This document shows, piece by piece, positions 27,876-38,200 of a DNA stretch of 64,000 bases. The stretch's first letter is position 1. Every line of letters starts with the position of its first letter. The stretch spans positions 62,248,001 to 62,312,000 of the forward strand of contig OZ024746.1 of the NCBI GenBank assembly GCA_964016885.1, given 5' to 3'. The stretch is from Eledone cirrhosa. Its lineage: Eukaryota. The notes below the pieces were generated by a model that did no database searches, was not told the DNA's origin, and was given only the letters and a program-made list of their open reading frames with translations. The translations under genes and the position numbers were made by a program.

Positions 27876-27968
27876 CATTTCATCATCATCAGGTTGCTAC
27901 ATTACTATTTTACCACCACCATCACAACCACCTCCACCACTGCCATCAACATGACCATCACCACCACC

Positions 27969-28000
<32 letters not shown>

Positions 28001-29719
28001 TATAGTGGATTAGCAGTATCGGTAGAGGGTCGGATGCCATGCTTTGCAGCACAGAGTTACGGCCCTTTGCGGTCTGAGTTCAAATCCCGCCGAGGTTAAC
28101 TTTGCCTTTCATCCTTACGGGGTCGATAAAGTAAAGTACCAGTAATGCACTGGGATAATTGCTGGCCTTGTGCCAAAAGTAGAAACAATTATTATCATCA
28201 TTATCCTCCTCATCCTCCTCATCATCATCATCAATATTTACATCACTGATTTACCTCAGTATTTCCATGCAACCATGAAATGTATGGGAATTTTTGGAGG
28301 CAATGTTCTATGGCTAGATGAGCTTCAGTGAAATAAACTTATATAAAGAGGCACATGGCTTAGTGGTTAGAGCATTGGCCTTGCAATCGAAAGGTTGTGA
28401 GTTCAATTCTCAGACTGGGTGATGTGTTGTTTCCTTGAACAAGACACTTTATTTCACATTGTTCCAGTTTACTCAGCTGTAGAAATGAGATGATAGGACT
28501 GGGGTCCCTATCATTCCACTGCAAAGTGGTCGTGAAGGTGCCACAGCAAAAAAGCACCCAGCACTCACTGTATATGAGGTTGGTGTTAGGAAGGGCATCC
28601 AGCTGTAGAAATCAAGCCAGAATCAGTCCCCGTCCCACCCTTGCAAGCAGGGAAAAGCGGACGTAAAATGAAATGATGATGATGATGAAAGAGGTAGTCC
28701 AACCATTCACATCATAAAATCAAGTTTGTAACATTATGAAAAATTGGCCTTAAAACACTGTTTATAAAAAAAGAAAATTAACACTACATTCTCTTTATAA
28801 AAGTTTCGATATTAAATTAACTCTGTACAATTAGTAAAATTTAATTAACTTAGTCAAACTTGATCATACAAGAAATATCATATTCTATGGCTAAAGATGA
28901 TAGCGGTGGAAATGAAAGACAGAAAGTTGATTGGTGGGGTTGGGGGTGGGGGGGACAAAGCTAAAAAAAAAATGGAGAAGCTCGTCATGGGGCCTGTTAG
29001 GCTAACTTCTGCTTTAGTAGGGGAGAAATGACCTTACAATGTTTGTTGTTCTGTTGTTGTTAGTGCTGTGCTTTCTTTGTAAAACTCTTCTGATAAAAAG
29101 ATTTTAAAAAACCACTCCATTTTATTTTTTTTAACCAATCAGAATGAAAAAGATTGTTCCTTCAGATGATGTAGTCTGCATTAATGATGACATCTGTGAA
29201 ATGGAGGATATTTGTGATGACGGTCCAGATATGGTTGTTACACAAGATGTTACCAGCCCAGAATTAGTATTACAGCCATACACATTTGATATTGTACTTC
29301 TTGTTGATAACTGTGAGTTCTATGGTGGGTAAGTGGCCAATTCATTTTATTTGTTATAGACACAATTACAAACATATCAAGTACATATACATGCCTTACT
29401 GAGTCCATTGCTTACTCTCACATTACCAATGGCACCTCTGTCTTAATCTCACTTTTTTAATAGCACCTCAGTACATGACTTACACTGCTCTGCTCTCAAA
29501 AACATTCATCTACTCCAGGACACTCTGTCAAAGGCCTTCTGCATATCAATGAAAGATAGATATACCAGTTTACACTGCTATATCTATCTGTCTATTTGTC
29601 TTGTCTGTCTATCTGACTTGTCTGTCTGTTTGTCTATCTATTTATATGTCTGTCTGTCTATTTATCTGTATATCTGTCTATTTAAAAATGAAATTAGAAT
29701 TTATATATATGTGTGTATG

Positions 29720-29768
<49 letters not shown>

Positions 29769-30143
29769 GAGGGCAATCCCAAAAGTAAGGTCTCCTTCCA
29801 ATATTGCAACTTTTCCGTTAAAATCCTGTGGATGGTGCTTTGGGAAACCTCAGGAACCAAAATGCAGAGAGCATCCAGAGTGATCCGCTGATCTTACTTT
29901 TGGGATTGCCTTCTATATAATAACTGCGCGAAATTCACACTTGGCGGTAGCATTCAACGGGAGCTCCATTCTCAATGGCTGCCAAGCCAAGATTGAGCAT
30001 CCCAGCGAAGCGCACGCATGCTTGTTTGGGAGTGAAGGAAGCACCAATCACAACAGTGTTGCCAACAGTCGTACGAACAGTTTCTCTGCGTCCCCATCGC
30101 TTTGGAGACCTTACTTTTGGGATTACCCTCGTATATATATATA

Positions 30144-30174
<31 letters not shown>

Positions 30175-32235
30175 GTGTGTGTACGTGTGCATACTTACAT
30201 CTGTCTATTTATTTATCTGTTTATGTATTTATATGTCTGTCTATCTATCTATATATCTGTTTGTCAGTTGAGTGTCTGTATGTCAGTGTGCATGTGTGTG
30301 GAATGCTGATGTGGTTTTCTTTCTATACGTAGGTCTGATGTAAACAAACCTATAATGACAGACTTAATCAAGAATGGTGTAAACTGTATGTTGAGGAAAC
30401 TGAATGTTGGAGATTTCCTTTGGGTAGCAAGGTCTAAACAAACTCACAATGGTATGTATATATGATATATAACCCATGCTAGCATGGAACAATGGATGTA
30501 AAATGGTGATGATGATGATGATGATATATGTATATATTAGGCACCTCTCATCCAAATATACACCCCAACCCACTACCCCTACTCCATCCTCCCACTCCCA
30601 CCAACACCACCCTTTCTCTGTAAAGTTATGTTGGTACCACAACATCCTGTCCAAACTAATGAGATTGTGTAGGTGTCACGACAAAAAAAAACACACAGTC
30701 CACGCTATAATGTGGCCGTGTAGGTAACACGGTAAAAAGCTCCCAGTTCCACACTGTAAACGTGGTTGGTGTTAGGAAGGTCATCCAGCCGTAGAAAACC
30801 TGCCAGACAGTCCTATACGAGCGAGACACAGTCACCCGACCAATTTTGCCTCAAGTGGGACAATTCCCATCTAACCCATGCTAGCGTGGAAGATAAACCT
30901 TAAACGATGATGATGATGATGTGTGTGTGTATCAGCCTTTTACACCCTCCATCCATGCGGACATGGGTTGGATAGGTCCTCATGGTCTAAGACTAAACAA
31001 CTGTTGTAGTCTAGCAAGAACAATAGAAAGAAATGTATCTGGCAGCAGTGTTAATCAAGAAATTGAGGTAGATTTAGGAGAATTGTATTGGTAGTAGTGT
31101 GGATATAGTCTGGCCAAACAGTTAAGAAGGTCTTGAGTTCAATCTCACCATAAGGTATCTGTGTCTAGTTCCATTTACCATAGCCTCCGGTCAACCCAAG
31201 TCATGCAAGTGGAATTGAGTAGATGGAAACTCTTTGGCTTTGTCACACACTGTGTCATGCTGAATCTCCCTGAGAATTACATTTAGGACACACCTGTCTG
31301 TGGAATGCTCAACCACTTCACAAGCAAGCCACTTCACAAGCAGGCTGTTCCATTGACCAAATAACTGAAACACTCATCATCAAAACCAATGGAGTTTCAT
31401 TCCATTCTGTTGGCAGTAATGAAGATTATAACATTGGTTATGATATCTTCATTGTCGTTGTCGTCATTGGTGTCGTCGTCATCATCATCATCCTTTAATG
31501 TCCACTTTCCGTGTTAATAAAGGTTGGATGGGTCTACATAGACCAATTCAGTGCTGAAGTAGGGCTACGCTGAGGTTGTTATGTCCTTGACACAACTGAA
31601 GGGTCCTCCCAACTATATTTGGCAAGCTTTCTATGGCTTGATGCCCTTCCTATCACCAACCACTTTACAGTGTGTATTGGGTGTGTTTATCATGTAGATC
31701 ACCAACACTAGAGAGGTTGCCATACTGTGGCATGACTGAAGGGTCCTCATGACCCTTTTTTATTTATGTAGATTTTTTTTTTCAGTATTCTTGGAGGAAG
31801 TCAACAATAATAATTTTTAAATGATGTTAAGACACAGGATTCCAGCCTGATTTTTCTTTCTACTTTTCACCAGAAAAACCAATTGAACTTGTCTTAAATT
31901 ACATTGTGGAGAGAAAACGAATGGATGATTTATCTGGAAGTATTATAGATGGCAGGTTTCGGGAACAAAAAGTATGTCTAAATTATTATTATTATTATTT
32001 ATTATTATTATATATTATAAAAACGTCTGGTGAATTGGCAGTATCGGTAGAGGGTCGGACGCCATGCTTTGACGCATAGAGTTACGGCCCTTGCCAATCT
32101 GAGTTCAAATCCCGCCGAGGTTAACTTTGCCTTTCATCCTTACGGGGTCGATAAAATAAGGTACCAGTAATGCACTGGGTAATTGCTGGCCTTGTGCCAA
32201 AAGTAGAAACAATTATTATATATACACTGCCCTGC

Positions 32236-32269
<34 letters not shown>

Positions 32270-35200
32270 GGTGGACGTAAAATGATGATAATGATGATGG
32301 CGGTGAATTGGCAGTATCGGTAGAGGGTCGGACACCATACTTTGCAGCATAGAGTTATGGCCCTTTATGGTCTGAGTTCAAATCCCGCTGAGGTTAACTT
32401 TGCCTTTCATCCTTACGGAGTCGATAAAATAAAGTACCAGTAATGCACTGGGGTAATTGCTGGCCTTGTGCTAAAAGTAGAAACAATTATTATATATACA
32501 GTGGAACCTTAGTTCATGAATTTAATTTGTTCCTAAAGGCATCACCTGAAAATTTAGTAAATCAAAACTGTTTTTCCCATACAAAATATTGAGAGAGAAA
32601 TACAGTAAGAGAGAGAGATATTACCATAGTAACTACACAGCAAGTGAGGCTTTCCTGCTGATATTCCGAACCATTGTTTCTAGCTTGTGTGTTCATTACG
32701 CAAGAGTCCGTTTGTCACCCAAGATGTTTTATGTTCGGAAACATTGTTCATGAACTGATTTGTTTATGATGAGAGGCATTCGTAAACTAAGGTTCCACTA
32801 TCTATAATATAATAAAGGGAGGAGTGCGGGACTGTGTCCATTTTATATTTTTTAATCCCGTTAGTAAAATAAGTTGCATTACTTTGAATAAATAATAAAT
32901 GTTGTTGTTGTTGATTTAACATAAATATTCTTATATATAATGATTACTTATTTTAAGATTCACTTCTTTTAAAATTTTCAAATGTCAATACTTCCAGTTA
33001 ACATCTGTGTGCTATATCACATCGCTTATATAAACATTCATATATTTGCATCGTTATATCATAACGTTTATATTTCTGTCTCTAATTTTCTCCTTTTTCG
33101 TTTTCATTACATTTCACCATAATGCAGTTTATATATAATATCATCTTTTTAAATGTATCGTGGACTACTTTACTTACAGAAGAGAGTGTAATACGGTCTC
33201 TCTTCAATTTCTGTGCATATTGTCAATTACGATTTTATTTGATGTATCATATCTACATGCATATAATACTTGCGTATAATATCAATATACACACTACATA
33301 TGCTAGCAACCCGAAGTGTGGTTTTCTGCTAGTATATTCTAATACATGTTGAGTGCAATTGTGATTTTATATATATTTTTTTTTCTTTAAATGCAGTTTC
33401 GTCTGAAGCAGTGTGGTTTAAGACATGCTATCTATCTAATTGAGGAATATGGCTCTGCAAAACACCTGAGTGTCTCTGAAGATAAATTAATTCAAGCCAT
33501 AACAAACACACAGGTAATATAGTTTGTTTATATATTTATTTATTTGAAAGGTGGTATTTGATGGTTGATTGGATCACCAGTAAAGGCTTTGGTGTCATTT
33601 GGTTGCTGTTGTTATAGTTTAGCCACAGGTCAGTACTGGTCAAGCACACCTTCAATTGCTGTTATAGTTTAGCCACAGGTCAGTACTGGTCAACCAGACC
33701 TGCAATTGTTGTTATAGTTTAGCCACAGGTCAGTACTGGTCAAGCAAACCTGCAATTGTTATAGTTTAACCACAGGTCAGTACTGGTCAAGCAGACCTGC
33801 AATTGTTGTTATAGTTTAGCCACAGGTCAGCACTGGTCAACCAGACCTGCAATTGTTGTTATAGTTTAGCCATAGGTCAGCACTGGTCAAGCACACCTGC
33901 AATTGTTGTTATAGTTTAACCACAGATCAGCACTGGTCAAGCAGACCTGCAATTGTTGTTATAGTTTAGCCACAGGTCAGTACTGGTCAAGCAGACCTGC
34001 AATTGTTGTTATAGTTTAGCCATAGGTCAGCACTGGTCAACCAGACCTGCAATTGTTGTTATAGTTTAACCACAGGTCAGCACTGGTCAAGCAGACATGC
34101 AATTGCTGTTATAGTTTAGCCATAGGTCAGCACTGGTCAAGCAGACATGCAATTGCTGTTATAGTTTAGCCATAGGTCAGCACTGGTCAAGCAGACATGC
34201 AATTGCTGTTATAGTTTAGCCATAGGTCAGCATTGGTTGGCATCAGGAAAGACATCTGGCTGTAACACCATTCCTTACGAAGAACCTTATATTATGGGGT
34301 CTCACACAGCTAACCCCTGCTTTACTGGGGTAGATGACCTTTAAACACTTGTTGTTGTTTTGTTGATATGTTTCTCGTTAATGTTTTACTGTTTGCTTTT
34401 ATACAGGTAATTGACGAATTCCAAGTTAAAAGAACAGAAAACTCTAAGGAATCGGTGGCTTACCTGACATTGTTAACACGTTACCTTCAAAGTTATTATT
34501 TGGTGAGTGACTATTGTTTCACACTTAAACATATATATATATATTGATGTGTCGAAACGTCCGAGACCCACAGCAGACAACTGAAGAGGGAATCTGTCCT
34601 TTGTTTATGTTTTCCTTATATTTCTAAACACTCATTTTTAGTAACCACACAGCACCGAGTCCCTTCTAAATTTTTATATATATATATAAATATATATAGG
34701 CGGAGGTGGTGAGAACAGACCTCAGATTGCTGAAGCTCACGGTGGAGATGACGAAGGACCGTGACAAGTGGAGAGATGCTGTGCTGAATAAGACCCGTCC
34801 CACCCTTGCAAGCAGGGAAAAACGGGCGTAAAATGATGATGATGATGATGATGATAGGTGGCGAATTGGCAGTCATTAGAACGCCAGATAGAATGCTTTG
34901 TGGTATTTGTTCCAGCTCTCTGATCTCTGAGTTCAAATCCCACCGAGGTCAACTCTGCCTTTCATCCTTTGGAGGTCAATAAAAAAAATACCAGTCTAGT
35001 ACTGGGGTCAATTCTTCCTCTATCTCTTCCTCATTTCCTCTCTCTCTTTTTCTATCTTTCTCTGGAATAAATCTACTGTACTCAGGCCTGGAGAAGGAGG
35101 GGTTCTGCCAGGCTTAAGAAACCACATAGAGGCTCATTGGTTTATCATTGTTGTTGTTGTTGTTGTTATCATTGCTGTCATTGTAGGAAAAGAGAAATAA

Positions 35201-38200
35201 TAGTATAGTTTCAAATTAACCCTTGCACACATCTCTATAAATGATTGAATGTTTGAGAATAACCCATAGCTTGAACACATCTAACACACTGCAGTATTAC
35301 GATATCTAGCCTGGGAGCATATGACGGTCAGCTGAAAGGTTCATAGGCTGACCAAATACTCTCATGGAATGACCAAATGAAGTTTATTTTTCAACATAGT
35401 CCCTTGAAAGAAACAATGTAGTTATTAATAAGAAGAATTAAAATTAATGCATGCCACGCAAGGTTTCACAGCTCTAGCACCAATCATTCATAGTCAGCCT
35501 ATGAACTTATTCAGCCAACCGTTGTAAGATATCTAGCAAATATGAGTGAGACCTGATCATCCTTCCTGTCTAGGAGTACAGTCATTCTGACTGATATTTC
35601 TAGCATGTCAAATGACCACATAGTCTCACTCATTAATTCAGATTCCCTTATTAACTCAAGATGACCAAAAAATGTAACAAGTGATGATATGCTGTACATC
35701 TGATATATGCCAGCACATTAAAGAAACATTACAATGATGATGGTGATGATGATTGTGGTGGTGGTGGTGGTGATGATGTAGTAGTAGTAGTAGTATCTGC
35801 TAGTTTATGACCTAGTATTAAATTGTTGATGACATCTTCTCTTGTATTACAGAAGAAAACTTTATATGGCAGCAATGAAGTAGTGAAAGATAAACCAGGA
35901 GAAGAGATGCTCAATAGTTTGGACAGTGCAGTAGAAATTTTGTGTAATTTCGAGCACTTCAATAAATCTGCTGTAAAGACCAAGGTGACTATGATTGCGT
36001 TTACTGTTCTGTATTTTATCAACGAAGCAATGTAAAGATAATTAAGGTGTTTGACTATTAACTTTGTATTAAGTTCACACTTTTCATCTCCATTCACTAT
36101 AAATAATTTGTTTTGCTGCAATAGTCTAAAGTCTGTCTTAAGCCAGAAGGCTCGTTAGGCCAGTGCTTATCCCAGTTTCATGGCATGAAATGACTGAGAG
36201 TACAAGACACCCCCTTGGACAGGACGCCAGTCCCTTGCAGGGTTAAACCTCCAACTATTGCTGGTATTCATTTTCAGCTGAGTGTACTGGAGTAATGTGA
36301 AATGAAGTGTTTTGCCCAAAAACACAACACGCAACCCAGGAATCGAACCCATGACATTATGATTGTAAGTCCAACACCCTGACCACTTGGCCAGATTTCA
36401 CAGCTCTAGCATCAATCCTGTGCTGCAATAGCTAGGTTTCAAATTATGTCCTGCTTCACAAAGCTCCATATGTTCCACTGATGTTGATCTGTGAAAGTCT
36501 GTTGTTGATGTTGTTGTTACGGCTCACACCTGCCTCCAAAGTGGTTTCATCTCAATAAAGGTTTCTTGGATGTTTTCAAAAAAGGGCCCTAGTCCTTTCT
36601 TGTCAACATTTTCTCAGTTACATCAGAGCAGTATTTGAACTCAGAACTAAAACAGATACGGCAAGGTGTCCTACATACTGGTCAATACTGTCCTTGACTA
36701 GTACATAATTAGTGACCATCCCATGTAATGGTCAATATTCTCATTGACTAGTACATTATTTAGTGACCATCTCATGTAATGGTCAACAGTCATTGACTAA
36801 TACATCATTTAGTAAGAAGCAATAGACTCTACACCCCATTCTGAATGGTATATTTCAGATGTGCCCCACAGACAAAGTAATTTGAAATCATAGGCAATGT
36901 CGTTCGTTAGAAATATGTTAACAAAATAGTTAAATATTAGATATAGTTTAGTTATAGGTCTGATACTGATACCAAGTTATACTGTATTGTAATTGATGGT
37001 CATATTTCTGTATGAACAGGTGTTAACAGTGAGGGAGATGTTTGCAAAGCAGTTGATTCATTTTCCCAACATGTCTGGAGCAAAAGCATTTGCTGTCACC
37101 GAGAAATGGCCAACACCTTCCAGGTGAGCCTTGTTTATTAAATTTATTTTTCTTGTATTTGTTTGTTTTTGATATATAAACATCGAAACAGAGCTGACTT
37201 GAGTGTAATTTGAATTCAGGATGTAAAGAACCAAAACAAATACTGAGCTAAATGCCCTGCAGTGTTTGTTATGGCTCTATATATTCTGAGCTTCAATTCC
37301 TCAAGGAATTTCATCATCACCATCATCATTTAACATTTGCTTTTCCCCCCCACACCACCCTTTCTCTGTAAAGTTATGTTGGTACCACAGAACATCCAGT
37401 CTACACTAAAGTGGTTGTGTAGGTGTCACGAAAAAAAGAACCCAGTACACACTGTAAAGTGGTTGTGTAAAAGACATGGTAAAAAGGCTCCCTGTCCACA
37501 CTGTAAATGTGGTTGGTGTTATGAAGATTATCCAGCTGTAGAAAACCTGCCAGATACAGTCCTATACGAGCGAGACAATCACCCAATCAATTTTGCCTCA
37601 AGTGGGACAAGTCCCGTCTAACCCATGCTAGCGTGGAAGATAGCTATTAAACGGTGATGATGATGATGATGATGATTTTCCTGCTAGCAAGGGTTAGTCG
37701 GGTCATCAACAGACCAACTCGGTACTCAAGCTGAACTACTGACCTCCCAGATGGACGAGGGGCCTGAATCTTGCTTACATACAATCCCACACTAGTACCA
37801 TTCTAATAATTCTGCCAATCTACACAACAACAACAACAATAACTACTGAATACTGAACTTAAGTTTCAACTGTTTCTGTCATTGGTCAATATATATATAT
37901 ATATAACTTCACTTATTTTATATTATAGTTTATTTGAAGCTTATATTGATATCATTGGCCAGTTTATATAATTCCACATATATTTTGTATTATAGTTTAT
38001 TTGAAGCTTATATTGATATCATTGGCCAGTTTATATAATTTCACATATATTTTGTATTATAGTTTATTTGAAGCTTATATTGATATCAATGGACAGTTTA
38101 TATAATTTCACATATATTTTGTATAATAGTTTATTTGAAGCTTATATTGATATCAATGGCCAGTTTATATAATTTCACATATATTTTGTATAATAGTTTA

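Noticed and set aside
28348-28425. tRNA gene
   Set aside because: A and B boxes are present but the acceptor stem does not close and the sequence continues into a SINE body; the same holds for the main SINE heads
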